Positions 7,208 through 16,704 of a DNA stretch of 57,471 nucleotides are shown piece by piece (the stretch's first letter is position 1; each line of letters opens with the position of its first letter). A program made the position numbers and the translations under genes. Under the pieces are notes generated by a model. It was not told the origin of the DNA, made no database searches, and was given only the letters and a program-made list of their open reading frames with translations. Origin of the DNA: Candidatus Magasanikiibacteriota bacterium (GTDB lineage: Bacteria; Patescibacteriota; Patescibacteriia; Magasanikbacterales; UBA10003); contig DAOMZV010000001.1 in assembly GCA_035400705.1 (NCBI GenBank), positions 1 through 57,471 of the forward strand, given 5' to 3'.

Positions 7208-8308
7208 TTAATTCTTAGTTTGTTTAGAAACACTTACCACAATTCCAAAAGCAGCCAGCATAATTACCATGGCCGTGCCACCGTGAGAAACTAAAGGCAA
7301 GGGTACTCCGGTAAGCGGTAAAAGACCAACCATCGCACCAATATTTAAAAAAGATTGTCCGATAAACCAAGTCACAATACCAGCCGTTAATAATTGACCA
7401 AATTTATTAGGGGCTTTTTGGGCGATTTTTAAACCGCGCCAAAAAATAAAAACCAACAGCGCTAGAAAAAACACGCAGATTAAAAAACCCAATTCTTCTC
7501 CGATAATTGCAAAAATAGAATCCGCACTCACTTCTGGCAAATATTGAAATTTTTGACGCGAATGCCCCCACCCCAAACCCAAAAAACCACCCGAACCAAT
7601 CGCGAGCAAGGCCTGATTAATATGATAAGAAATTCCTAAAGCATCCTGATCGGGATTTAAAAAAGCTAAAATGCGTTTGGCGCGATAACTACTCATGCAA
7701 ATCAATCCTATAAACCCTCCAGCACTGGCTAATAAAATTCCCGCTAAATGCAATATTTTCCCACCAGCCAAAAAATAAATCACAATACAGATAAGATACA
7801 GAACTGAAAAGGTTCCCAAGTCGGGCTGTTTAACCAACAAAAAACCCACTGCTCCTAAAACTAATAAAAAAGGCAAAAGAGTTTTTTGCCAATCATTAAA
7901 TTCTTCTTTATCAATTTTTGCTAACCAGGCTGCTAAAAAAATTACTAAAGCCAATTTAGTCAACTCCGAAGGTTGAAAAGAGTGACCAAAAATAGAAAAC
8001 CAGGAACGAGCCGTGCCAAAATCTCCCCCCACTCCGGGAATTAAAACTAAAATCAACAAAAGTAAACTAAAAGCAAAAAATGGTTTGGCGATTTTTTGCC
8101 ACCAATTAAAATCTATCTTGCTAAAAACAAAAAACAAAATTAAGCCGGGAATAACCCCCTGCAAAATTTGTTGTTTAATAAAGTAATAAGGGTTATTAAA
8201 AATGTTATAAGATTCCGGAGACGAGGCGGAAAAAAGCATCAACAAACCAAAAATTAACAGAACAAACACTCCGCCAATAAAGTAAAAATCGCTTTTATGC
8301 GCAGTCAT
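7208..8308 (-). CDS. ftsW: SEDS-family peptidoglycan polymerase FtsW/RodA
   Basis: About 10 TM helices, ...RSWFSIFGHSFQPSELTKLALV...LPLVSHGGTA, in a mraY-ftsW-murG context. ATG at 8308 is preferred over the TTG at 8329. Confidence 0.85.
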   Translation of the reverse strand: MTAHKSDFYFIGGVFVLLIFGLLMLFSASSPESYNIFNNPYYFIKQQILQGVIPGLILFFVFSKIDFNWWQKIAKPFFAFSLLLLILVLIPGVGGDFGTARSWFSIFGHSFQPSELTKLALVIFLAAWLAKIDKEEFNDWQKTLLPFLLVLGAVGFLLVKQPDLGTFSVLYLICIVIYFLAGGKILHLAGILLASAGGFIGLICMSSYRAKRILAFLNPDQDALGISYHINQALLAIGSGGFLGLGWGHSRQKFQYLPEVSADSIFAIIGEELGFLICVFFLALLVFIFWRGLKIAQKAPNKFGQLLTAGIVTWFIGQSFLNIGAMVGLLPLTGVPLPLVSHGGTAMVIMLAAFGIVVSVSKQTKN

Positions 8309-8315
8309 AACTAAA

Positions 8316-9374
8316 CTAGACTTTATCAATTAAAAATAAAATCAAACCAATAAGAGAAGATGCACCGGCGATTAACCAAAAACGCATCGTAACTTGATAA
8401 GCCGGCCAGCCCTTGGCTTCAAAGTGGTGATGAATCGGCGCGACCAAAAAAATTTTCTTATGACGATATTTTTTGGACCACATCTGTAAAACTACGGAAA
8501 AAATTTCTGCAAATAAAATAAGAGCGAAAAAAGGCAATAATAAAACGGTATTAGTTAAGAAAGATACCACAGCTAAGGTAGTAGTTAAACCTAAAATACC
8601 CGTCTCCCCCATGTAAAATTTGGCTGGTGGAATATTAAACCACAAAAAGGCCAACAGGGTTCCACTAAGGATACCACAGAAGGCTGATAAATCGTATTGA
8701 CCACGAGCAAAAGCAATAATACAATAAATTGTAAAAATAATGGCAAAAACTCCACCAGCTAGACCATCAATCCCATCAATCACACTACCACTAAATAACC
8801 CGATCATTGTTATGATAAACAAAATGACATAAAAAAATCCTAAATTCCAATCGCCATAAAAAGGCACATGAATTGTGTCCCAACCTAATTTAAAATAAAA
8901 CCAATAAGCTCCCACCAAACTAATTAAAAACACTACTAATAAACGATGGCGAAATTTTAATCCTCCACCTTTATTGATACGTCCTGAACCTCTAACCACC
9001 AAGCAATCATCGACAAAACCTAAAACCGAGGCAGCAATCAAAGTAAATAAAGGAATCCAAGTTTGCGAACGACTGACAAAATCAAATTTGGCAAAAAAAT
9101 CAGGTTGCCAGTGAGCTAAAATAACAAATAACAGGGCTAAAAAACCAGTGGTGACCCAAAACAAAACCCCGGCCATGCGTGGAGTGGCAGTTTCCTTATT
9201 TTTGTGAAGAGAGGCAAAAATAGGAGTACCTGATCCATCGGGTGCCTCGGTTCTGACTTGTTTTTTGTAACACTTATAACGAGTTAAAAGTTTAATCAAA
9301 AAAGGAGACCAAATAAAAGCAATAATCCAACCTAAAAAAGCCAAAATTAAAACAACAATAACCTCTTGTAACAT
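8316..9374 (-). CDS. mraY: phospho-N-acetylmuramoyl-pentapeptide transferase
   Basis: Polytopic protein with DDCLVVRG, IDGIDGLAGG and APIHHHFE motifs. Confidence 0.9.
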   Translation of the reverse strand: MLQEVIVVLILAFLGWIIAFIWSPFLIKLLTRYKCYKKQVRTEAPDGSGTPIFASLHKNKETATPRMAGVLFWVTTGFLALLFVILAHWQPDFFAKFDFVSRSQTWIPLFTLIAASVLGFVDDCLVVRGSGRINKGGGLKFRHRLLVVFLISLVGAYWFYFKLGWDTIHVPFYGDWNLGFFYVILFIITMIGLFSGSVIDGIDGLAGGVFAIIFTIYCIIAFARGQYDLSAFCGILSGTLLAFLWFNIPPAKFYMGETGILGLTTTLAVVSFLTNTVLLLPFFALILFAEIFSVVLQMWSKKYRHKKIFLVAPIHHHFEAKGWPAYQVTMRFWLIAGASSLIGLILFLIDKV

Positions 9375-9377
9375 ATT

Positions 9378-9737
9378 TTAAACATTTATAAAAACCAAAA
9401 AGATACCGGAAATCCAAAGCAAAAATTGAATAATTAGGGTAACAAACATCATTAAACGCGATAAATCTTTTTGATTAAGATATAATAAATAAGATAAAAA
9501 AGAATTAAATAAAACAACTAAAAAACCACCTAAAGGCAAAGAATAGATTTGGGCTTTGGTGCCAATTAAGTCAACCCCTAAATGAACCGTGTAATGCAAA
9601 AAAACCGTGGGAGAGCTAAAGTTTTTAAAAGAGAAAAAAAGATAAAAAAATAAACTTAAAACAGCCAATAAATTAAGGGAGATCAAAATTAAGATTATTT
9701 TATCCTTAATAAATAATTTTAGGGAAATTCGATCCAT
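9378..9737 (-). CDS. small integral membrane protein, unknown function
   Basis: 119 aa with about 4 TM helices, placed 3 nt upstream of mraY. Confidence 0.55.
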   Translation of the reverse strand: MDRISLKLFIKDKIILILISLNLLAVLSLFFYLFFSFKNFSSPTVFLHYTVHLGVDLIGTKAQIYSLPLGGFLVVLFNSFLSYLLYLNQKDLSRLMMFVTLIIQFLLWISGIFLVFINV

Positions 9738-9761
9738 AATGAAGTCATTTTACCACAGCAC

Positions 9762-9790
9762 TTGACATAAGGCAAGAATTGATTTATACT
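9762..9790 (+). promoter_or_regulatory. sigma70-type promoter of rpmA
   Basis: TTGACA (9762-9767), 17-nt spacer, TATACT (9785-9790). Confidence 0.65.
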
Positions 9791-9846
9791 ATATTTACCT
9801 TAATTTTAACATCATTTTTGGGCCTTTACGCCCGCAAATCTTAACT

Positions 9847-10122
9847 ATGGCACATAAAAAAGCTGGTTCCTCAACTTCGTTAGGCCGCGATTCACAATCA
9901 AAAAGACTGGGCATAAAAGCCTTTGGAGGAGAAACTGTTAAAGCCGGTGAAATTTTGGTTCGCCAAAGAGGCACTAAGTTTTTCCCTGGTCAAAACGTCA
10001 AAAAAGGTGGAGACGACACTCTTTATGCTGGAATTGCTGGTAAGGTCAAATTTAATCGCCGTAAGGTTAAAAAGTTTGATGGCAGTTTAAAAGAAAGAAA
10101 GTTCATCAATGTTTTAGCTTAA
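9847..10122 (+). CDS. rpmA: 50S ribosomal protein L27
   Basis: [29 protein letters not shown]...[10 protein letters not shown]. Confidence 0.95.
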   Translation: MAHKKAGSSTSLGRDSQSKRLGIKAFGGETVKAGEILVRQRGTKFFPGQNVKKGGDDTLYAGIAGKVKFNRRKVKKFDGSLKERKFINVLA

Positions 10123-10127
10123 AAAAT

Positions 10128-10161
10128 AAAAAACAGGCTCTTGCAAAAAGCCTGTTTTTTA
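10128..10161. terminator. bidirectional terminator between rpmA (+) and pyrG (-)
   Basis: A-tract, stem acaggct/agcctgt, T6. Confidence 0.8.
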
Positions 10162-10163
10162 TT

Positions 10164-11789
10164 TTACTTTTTAAGAGAAGCTTTAATAAATTCTTTAAAT
10201 AAAGGATGAGGTCGCAAAGGACGAGACTGAAATTCGGGATGAAATTGTACCCCCACAAACCAAGGATGCTTGGATTTAGATAATTCAATAATTTCAACTA
10301 AATCTTTTTGAGGGTTAATGCCAGATAAAACTAAACCCTTATTCTGTAACAACTCTCTATAATCATTATTAAATTCGTAACGATGGCGGTGGCGTTCCGA
10401 AATTAAATTTTGTTTATAAGCCACTCGAGCCAAACTGCCTTTTTTTAACCAGCAATCATAAGCTCCTAAACGCATACTACCACCATAATGTTTTTTAGCT
10501 AACTCTTTTAACTGCTCGGGCATAATATGAATAACTGGGTGCTTAGTTTTAGGATTTGATTCGGTTGTGTGGGCATCTTTTAAACCACAAACAGTTCTAG
10601 CAAATTCTATTGTAGCCAACTGCATGCCATAACATAAACCTAAAAAAGGTAAATGATGGGTTCTGGCATAACCAATGGCTTTGATTATGCCTTCTACTCC
10701 CCGACTTCCAAAACCACCTGGAACCACCAAACCATCAAATTTAGACAAGTCTTTTAATTTAGCAGGGTTTTTTTCATAATCTTCAGAGTTTATCCAAGTT
10801 AACATCGGTTTTACTTTATTGGCCCAAGAAGCGTGTTTAATAGCTTCAATGACTGAAATATAAGAATCAGCCAAAACATATTCACCGGTAGAAAAATATT
10901 TTCCCACTACGGCAATATGAACTTCTTTTTTAACAGTTTTTATTAAATGAACTAAGGCTCGCCAATTTTTTAAATCTTTATTAACTGGACGCAAATGAAA
11001 CTTTTTTAAAATCTTATTACCCAAATCATCATTTTCAAAATTAATTGGCACTTCATAAACATAATCGGCATCTGGCGCAGAAATAACATCTCCTTCTTGA
11101 ACATTACAAAACATTGCTAATTTTCTCTTTCGTGGCTCATCTAAGGGTCTTTCAGCGCGACAAAGAATAAAATCCGGCTGGATACCAGAAGAATTGAGGG
11201 TACGCACCGCATATTGAGTGGGCTTGGTCTTCATTTCGCCAATTTTAGAAGGGATTGGCAAAAAACTAACTAAAAAGAACAGGACATTTTTAGGCGATTC
11301 AATCTTCATCATACGAGCCGCTTCTAAAAACAAAACGTTTTGATACTCTCCAACTGTGCCACCAATTTCTATTAAAACAAAATCGGCGTGAGCTTCTTGC
11401 CCCGCAGTTTTAATTCTTCTAATTACTTCTTCTGGAACATGGGGCACAACCTCAACACAGCGGCCGCCGTACTCTAGATTTCTTTCTCGCTCAATTACAG
11501 TTTTATAGACGCGTCCAGTAGTCATGTAATTAACAGAGGTGATATTGGTGTCTAAAAATCTTTCATAATTACCAATGTCTTGGTCGGTTTCATCACCATC
11601 AACAGTCACAAAAACTTCGCCGTGTTCTGTTGGATTCATGGTGCCAGCATCTAAATTGATATAAGGATCAATTTTAATAGCGGTAACAGTATAACCTTTG
11701 CTTTGCAAAATTTTACCAATTGAAGCACTAGCTGTTCCTTTACCCACCCCAGACATTACCCCACCAATAACAAAAATGTAACGCGTCAT
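10164..11789 (-). CDS. pyrG: CTP synthase
   Basis: MTRYIFVIGGVMSGVGKG N-terminus and a C-terminal glutamine amidotransferase domain (GLCYGMQ, HRHRYE). Confidence 0.95.
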   Translation of the reverse strand: MTRYIFVIGGVMSGVGKGTASASIGKILQSKGYTVTAIKIDPYINLDAGTMNPTEHGEVFVTVDGDETDQDIGNYERFLDTNITSVNYMTTGRVYKTVIERERNLEYGGRCVEVVPHVPEEVIRRIKTAGQEAHADFVLIEIGGTVGEYQNVLFLEAARMMKIESPKNVLFFLVSFLPIPSKIGEMKTKPTQYAVRTLNSSGIQPDFILCRAERPLDEPRKRKLAMFCNVQEGDVISAPDADYVYEVPINFENDDLGNKILKKFHLRPVNKDLKNWRALVHLIKTVKKEVHIAVVGKYFSTGEYVLADSYISVIEAIKHASWANKVKPMLTWINSEDYEKNPAKLKDLSKFDGLVVPGGFGSRGVEGIIKAIGYARTHHLPFLGLCYGMQLATIEFARTVCGLKDAHTTESNPKTKHPVIHIMPEQLKELAKKHYGGSMRLGAYDCWLKKGSLARVAYKQNLISERHRHRYEFNNDYRELLQNKGLVLSGINPQKDLVEIIELSKSKHPWFVGVQFHPEFQSRPLRPHPLFKEFIKASLKK

Positions 11790-11808
11790 AAGTAAATTAA
11801 AAATTTAT

Positions 11809-12258
11809 TTATTTTTTATTGATAATAATTTTAATCTCGGCCTCTGCACCCTGAGCCAACTTTATTTTAACTAAATACTTACCAATTTGTTTATAAGCTC
11901 TTTCTAAAATTATTTGATTTTTTTCTACCTTCAAACCTTTTTGAGCCAAAGCAGATACAATATGCGCAGAAGATATTCCACCAAACAGCTGTCCTTTATT
12001 ATCAACTTTTTCATTGAATTCTAAATTAACTCCTTGTAAACGATGGGCCAATTTAATCAATTCCTCTTGATGTTTTTGCTCTGATTTTATTTTTTTATTT
12101 TTTTCTGCTTGCCAAGATTTTAAATTTTCCGAACTAGCAAAAACTGCTTTTTTTTGAGGAAACAAAAAATTCCGAGCAAAACCCTCGGCCACCTCTTTAA
12201 CTTCCCCCTTATGACCAATACCAGATAATTCTGTTAATAAAAGTACCTGCATATTCAT
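11809..12258 (-). CDS. rplI: 50S ribosomal protein L9
   Basis: MQVLLLTELSGIGHKGEVKEVAEGFARNFLFPQKKA. Confidence 0.9.
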   Translation of the reverse strand: MNMQVLLLTELSGIGHKGEVKEVAEGFARNFLFPQKKAVFASSENLKSWQAEKNKKIKSEQKHQEELIKLAHRLQGVNLEFNEKVDNKGQLFGGISSAHIVSALAQKGLKVEKNQIILERAYKQIGKYLVKIKLAQGAEAEIKIIINKK

Positions 12259-12346
12259 TATAAAATAATTGCCATCCAGATAAAGAATGACAATTTTAAA
12301 AAACTACTACTATATTATAACACTTTTTAAAACTCAAGCAAAATAT

Positions 12347-12376
12347 TAAAAACAGCCTTTGAATAAGGCTGTTTTT
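12347..12376 (-). terminator. intrinsic terminator after rpsI
   Basis: Stem acagcctt/aaggctgt flanked by A- and T-tracts. Confidence 0.75.
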
Positions 12377-12381
12377 GAGAA

Positions 12382-12903
12382 TTAACGCTTGCTCCATTGT
12401 GGGGCGCGACGAGCTTTCTTTAAACCGAATTTCTTTCTTTCTTTAACGCGTGGATCACGAGTCATAAAACCGCTTTTTTTCAAAACTGGTTTGAACTCTT
12501 CATTCCATTTAACCAAAGCTCTAGCAATGCCCAAACGTATAGCATCGGCTTGACCAATAGAACCACCACCAATAACATTTATTTTAACATCATGAATACC
12601 TTCTTCCTGCACGGCTTTTAAAGCAGCTAAAACCTTTTCTTGCAAAATAAAATGATTAAAAAAATCTTTTAATTTTTTACCATTAATAGTAACCTCGCCC
12701 TTGCCGGTTTCCATAAGTCTAACCTGGGCTTTAGCGGATTTTCTTCGTCCAATGGCATAAATATACCTACCTTCACGGCCGACTTTTTTTTCTACTTTAG
12801 GAACAGCCACTTCTTTAACTGGCTTTTCCACTTTTTCAACCTTCTTAACCACTTTAGTCTTAGCGGCGACTTTTTTAGTTGTTGTCTTTTCTTTAGTTAC
12901 CAT
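12382..12903 (-). CDS. rpsI: 30S ribosomal protein S9 with a Lys/Val/Glu-rich N-terminal extension
   Basis: C-terminal ...GGGSIGQADAIRLGIARAL...RDPRVKERKKFGLKKARRAPQWSKR, preceded by an extension of about 45 aa (KVEK repeats). Confidence 0.9.
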   Translation of the reverse strand: MVTKEKTTTKKVAAKTKVVKKVEKVEKPVKEVAVPKVEKKVGREGRYIYAIGRRKSAKAQVRLMETGKGEVTINGKKLKDFFNHFILQEKVLAALKAVQEEGIHDVKINVIGGGSIGQADAIRLGIARALVKWNEEFKPVLKKSGFMTRDPRVKERKKFGLKKARRAPQWSKR

Positions 12904-12907
12904 AAAA

Positions 12908-13270
12908 TTACTTCTCTATTTTTAAACGCTTTAAACGCTTATCTTTTAATTTGTTTTTGGGCAACATTCTGCTGACAGCTAAACGAATAATTTCACTAGC
13001 GTCTTTAGCTAAAACATCTTTAAAAGCTCTTTCTTTTAAACCACCTGGATAATTGCTGTGGTGTTTATAAATTTTATCGGAATACTTATTGCCAGTTACC
13101 CTTATCTTAGAAGCATTCTTAATAATTACAATATCCCCAGAATCAACATTAGGAATGTAATCGGGTTTATTTTTCCCCTGCAATAAAGTAGCCACTAAAG
13201 TAGCCAAACGTCCCAAAATTTGGTCGGTGGCATCAATAGTGTGGGTTGCTCTTTTATATATTTCTTTCAT
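12908..13270 (-). CDS. rplM: 50S ribosomal protein L13 (short form)
   Basis: IDATDQILGRLATLVATLLQGKNKPDY...YKHHSNYPGGLK...MLPKN. Confidence 0.9.
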   Translation of the reverse strand: MKEIYKRATHTIDATDQILGRLATLVATLLQGKNKPDYIPNVDSGDIVIIKNASKIRVTGNKYSDKIYKHHSNYPGGLKERAFKDVLAKDASEIIRLAVSRMLPKNKLKDKRLKRLKIEK

Positions 13271-13281
13271 AATCTCTAAAA

Positions 13282-13632
13282 TTAAACTAATTCAATCGAA
13301 ACCATTTCGGCGGCATCTCCGGCGCGATTTCCTAATTTAATGATTCTAGTATAACCACCCTTGCGTCCAGCATATCTTTTGCCCAAATCTTCCATGATTT
13401 TCTTAACTGGATTTTCTGTGTGGAAAAAAGATAATAATTCTCGACGAGCTGCTAAAGTGTCTTGTTTGCCGACAGTGATCATTTTTTCAACTAAAGGTTG
13501 CACAGCCTTAGCTTTAGCTTTGGTAGTTTTAACTTTTTCGTACAAAACAACACTCGCTGCTAAATTTTTAAGTAAAGCAACACGAGGTGCCTTCTTTCTG
13601 TCTAAAATGACTTTTTTCTTTTGATGACGCAT
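13282..13632 (-). CDS. rplQ: 50S ribosomal protein L17
   Basis: MRHQKKKVILDRKKAPRVALLKNLA...GGYTRIIKLGNRAGD. Confidence 0.9.
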   Translation of the reverse strand: MRHQKKKVILDRKKAPRVALLKNLAASVVLYEKVKTTKAKAKAVQPLVEKMITVGKQDTLAARRELLSFFHTENPVKKIMEDLGKRYAGRKGGYTRIIKLGNRAGDAAEMVSIELV

Positions 13633-13637
13633 AAAAA

Positions 13638-14471
13638 TTACTTCTTTTTCTTGGTAGTGGTTTTCTTTGCTTTCTTTTTTGGCTTAGCTTCTTCTTCGGT
13701 CTCTTCTTCTGCTTCTTCGTTTTCTACTTCTTCAGCTTTTTCTTCAATTTCTGGCATAGTAATTACTTCTTTTTCTGCTCCGCCGAAACCCTCCAAAATT
13801 AAATTAATGTGATCTTGTAAAATTTGGGTACCTTGCATAAAAGCACTGATCGGGGTCATCGTGCCGTCTGTTTCAATATCCAAAGTTAATCTTTCAAAAT
13901 TAGTAATCTCACCAACGCGAACAAAATCTACTTTATATCCAACGTGCAACACTGGATTAAAAATAGAATCAATCGCAATGGTTCCTAACTCTAATTTATT
14001 TTTTTCTTTTTCTTCAACTGGAACATATCCACGACCTTCGGAAACAAAAATTTCCATTTCTAATTTAGCATCTTTATGAGTTAAAGTAGCTAAATGTAAA
14101 TCAGAATTAACAATTTCAACATCAGAAGTAGTCTCAATTTGGGCAGCGGTAACTTCTCCTTCGCCCTTAGCACTCAAAGTAAGTTTAACTTCTTCTGGAG
14201 AAAAAACTCTTAATCTTAATTGTTTTAAGTTTAAAATTAATTCAACAATATCTTCCTGAACATGTTCTAAGGTAGTAAACTCATGAGAAGCACCCTTAAT
14301 TTTAACAGCGGTAACAGCAGCGCCAGGTAAAGAAGATAGTAAAACACGACGCAAGGCATTGCCTAAAGTTGTCCCATAACCATGAAAACAGGGTTCGATA
14401 ATAACTCTAGCCGCATTAGGTTTATCCAGCTCTTCCACTTTAAATGTTGATGGTAGAAGAAATTTTTCCAT
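13638..14471 (-). CDS. rpoA: DNA-directed RNA polymerase alpha subunit, N-terminal domain only, with a charged low-complexity tail
   Basis: GYGTTLGNALRRVLLSSLPGAAVTAVKI in an rpsD-rpoA-rplQ context. 277 aa ending in EEKAEEVENEEAEEETEEEAKPKKKAKKTTTKKKK instead of a folded alpha-CTD. Confidence 0.9.
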   Translation of the reverse strand: MEKFLLPSTFKVEELDKPNAARVIIEPCFHGYGTTLGNALRRVLLSSLPGAAVTAVKIKGASHEFTTLEHVQEDIVELILNLKQLRLRVFSPEEVKLTLSAKGEGEVTAAQIETTSDVEIVNSDLHLATLTHKDAKLEMEIFVSEGRGYVPVEEKEKNKLELGTIAIDSIFNPVLHVGYKVDFVRVGEITNFERLTLDIETDGTMTPISAFMQGTQILQDHINLILEGFGGAEKEVITMPEIEEKAEEVENEEAEEETEEEAKPKKKAKKTTTKKKK

Positions 14472-14533
14472 AATTTATAGGGATGAGATGACAAAGCCGG
14501 AAAACCCAGCTTTGTTGATAAATTAAAATTAAA

Positions 14534-15196
14534 TTAGCGTGAATAAAATTCAATAATTTTTTTAGGATCAAATTCCAAGGTCATATCAGCCAATTTAGGC
14601 AAACCTAAAACTTTACCGCCGAGTTTTTTAGTAGCAGCATCAATATCTAAAGATAACCAAGTTGGAATTTCCTTTTTAGATAAATTAGTAAAAATATTTT
14701 CCATCAATTTGCTCTTTTCTACAAACTTGGGTTCTATAGAAATAACTTGATTTAATTTAACTTGAAATGAAGCGATGTTAACTTTTTTGCCATTAACCAA
14801 AACATGCTTATGAGAAACTAATTGCCTAGCCGCAGCACGAGACTTGGCAAAACCTAAACGAAAAACCACATTGTCTAATCTAGTTTCCAAAAATTTTAAC
14901 AAAACATCAGCAGTTACCACACCCTTCTTTCTAGTAGCCTCTTCAACATAATTGCTGAATTGTCTTTCGCGTAAACCGTAAATTTGTTTTGCTTTTTGTT
15001 TTTCTCTTAACTGTGAGCCGTAAGAAGTAGAACGACGAGGCGCCTTGGCGTTGCCATGCTGTCCAGGAGCATAATTACGTTTAACAATTAAACAATTAGG
15101 AGAAAAACATTTTTCTCCTTTAAGAAAAAGCTTTTCGCCAGCTCGACGACATTGACTGCAAATGGAATTATCGATTTTCTTTTGAGTAGTAGCCAT
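14534..15196 (-). CDS. rpsD: 30S ribosomal protein S4
   Basis: Cys cluster CSQCRRAGEKLFLKGEKCFSPNC, YGLRERQF, and an S4 RNA-binding domain RLDNVVFRLGFAKSRAAARQLVSHKHVLVNG. Confidence 0.95.
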   Translation of the reverse strand: MATTQKKIDNSICSQCRRAGEKLFLKGEKCFSPNCLIVKRNYAPGQHGNAKAPRRSTSYGSQLREKQKAKQIYGLRERQFSNYVEEATRKKGVVTADVLLKFLETRLDNVVFRLGFAKSRAAARQLVSHKHVLVNGKKVNIASFQVKLNQVISIEPKFVEKSKLMENIFTNLSKKEIPTWLSLDIDAATKKLGGKVLGLPKLADMTLEFDPKKIIEFYSR

Positions 15197-15207
15197 AATT
15201 TAATAAA

Positions 15208-15669
15208 TTAAACTCTTCTAACTTTAGGTGGACGGCAACCATTATGAGGTATTGGGGTGATATCCTTGATGCTAGTAACATTAAGATTGTTGGTGTATAA
15301 AGCTCTGATAGCACCATCGCGACCAGCGCCAATGCCTTTAACAAAAACACTCACCTCTTTTACATTATAAGGTTCAATTTTTTCAACTAATTCCTTTACA
15401 ACCATCGAAGCGGCGTAAGGGGTAGCTTTTTTAGGACCTTTAAAACCCATATGTCCAGCTGAAGACCAACCCAAAGCGTTACCATGATTATCGGTAATAG
15501 TAACAATAGTATTATTATAAGTAGCGTGAATATAAGCACGACCTAAAGTCACTTCTTTAGTCGCCTTTTTTTTGCGGCTCTTAGGCTTAGTAACGGCTTT
15601 TTTAGTGCCCTTCTTTTTTTCAGCACCAGCTGTTTCAGTAGTCTGGGTTGTTTTTAGCTCATCGGACAT
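15208..15669 (-). CDS. rpsK: 30S ribosomal protein S11 with a basic N-terminal extension
   Basis: GRAYIHATYNNTIVTITD..GN...WSSAG..GFKG.KK.TPYAA. ATG at 15669 is preferred over the TTG at 15684. Confidence 0.9.
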   Translation of the reverse strand: MSDELKTTQTTETAGAEKKKGTKKAVTKPKSRKKKATKEVTLGRAYIHATYNNTIVTITDNHGNALGWSSAGHMGFKGPKKATPYAASMVVKELVEKIEPYNVKEVSVFVKGIGAGRDGAIRALYTNNLNVTSIKDITPIPHNGCRPPKVRRV

Positions 15670-15716
15670 AGTTATAATTAACAATTCAAGTGTTTAAAAA
15701 ATTAAATAAATATTAA

Positions 15717-16106
15717 TTAGGTTTTATCAGCGGATTTTCGTTTTCCAGAACCCATAGTACGTCTGGTGTTACCTCTGACAGTGCGGGAATTAGTTTTAGT
15801 TCTTTGTCCTCTGGCTGGTAAACCCTTGTGATGACGGGAACCTCGGTAAGAACCAATTTCTTTCAAACGTTTAATATTGGATAAAATCTCGCGACGCAAA
15901 TCGCCTTCGACGCGATAATTCTTTTCTACTTTTTCGCGAATTTTATTAGCTTCTTCTTCTTTTAAATCTTTAGTTCTAGTATCTGGATCAATTTTCAAAT
16001 CAGCTAAAATTTTCTTAGCTAAGGTCTGTCCGATTCCATAAAGGTAGGACAGAGAAATATAAATTTTTTTGTTGGGTGGCAATGTAACGCCGGAAATTCT
16101 AATCAT
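15717..16106 (-). CDS. rpsM: 30S ribosomal protein S13
   Basis: [34 protein letters not shown]...[20 protein letters not shown]. Confidence 0.95.
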   Translation of the reverse strand: MIRISGVTLPPNKKIYISLSYLYGIGQTLAKKILADLKIDPDTRTKDLKEEEANKIREKVEKNYRVEGDLRREILSNIKRLKEIGSYRGSRHHKGLPARGQRTKTNSRTVRGNTRRTMGSGKRKSADKT

Positions 16107-16111
16107 AATAG

Positions 16112-16225
16112 TTATCCTTGTTTTTGTTTATGTTTAGGGTTTTTACAAATTACAACAACTCGTCTCTTGCGTCTTAAGACCTGACAATCTTTGCAAATTG
16201 GTTTTACTGATGCACGGACTTTCAT
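16112..16225 (-). CDS. rpmJ: 50S ribosomal protein L36
   Basis: Hand translation gives [37 protein letters not shown]. It is too short for the ORF track and sits at the expected infA-rpmJ-rpsM position. Confidence 0.9.
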   Translation of the reverse strand: MKVRASVKPICKDCQVLRRKRRVVVICKNPKHKQKQG

Positions 16226-16289
16226 AATAAAGATAAAAAAATTATACAACGGTTTTCTTCCGCTGTTTTTTACGAATAAAACGAATTTT

Positions 16290-16532
16290 TTAAAATCTGT
16301 AAACTATTCTGCCTTTTGTTAAATCGTATGGAGTCATTTCAACTTTAACGAAATCACCTGGTAAAAGATGAATTTTATTCATTCTCATTTTACCAGCGAG
16401 ATAACCAATAATGACATGACCATCATCCAATTTTATTTTAAATTTAGCAGAAGGCAAAAGTTCTTCAATTCTGCCCCGCAATTCCAAGACATCTTTGGAT
16501 GAGGCAATTTCATTGGGTTGATTTTCTACCAT
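16290..16532 (-). CDS. infA: translation initiation factor IF-1
   Basis: ...[58 protein letters not shown] at 16532 is preferred to the track start at 16580. Confidence 0.9.
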   Translation of the reverse strand: MVENQPNEIASSKDVLELRGRIEELLPSAKFKIKLDDGHVIIGYLAGKMRMNKIHLLPGDFVKVEMTPYDLTKGRIVYRF

Positions 16533-16636
16533 AATTTCTAGGTATGAATCTAGAAGCAAATTTATTTTAGCGAAGACCAAAAACTCAATTTTCGCTTATA
16601 TAAGGCTAATTATGCTCTTTTAAAAAACTTAAATGT

Positions 16637-16665
16637 AGTATACACGAAGCTTAAAAGATTGTCAA
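16637..16665 (-). promoter_or_regulatory. sigma70-type promoter of the infA-rpmJ-rps operon
   Basis: Minus strand TTGACA (16660-16665), 17-nt spacer, TATACT (16637-16642). Confidence 0.65.
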
Positions 16666-16704
16666 CAGTTTAGCTTAAATTTTATTCACAGGCTTATTTT
16701 TAAG

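Noticed and set aside
14472-14533. A 7-bp hairpin (acaaagc-N11-gctttgt) between rpsD and rpoA as a possible attenuator or S4 autoregulatory site.
   Set aside because: There is no T-tract and no resemblance to the known S4-binding pseudoknot, which sits upstream of rpsM in E. coli. It is probably an mRNA processing or stability element at most.
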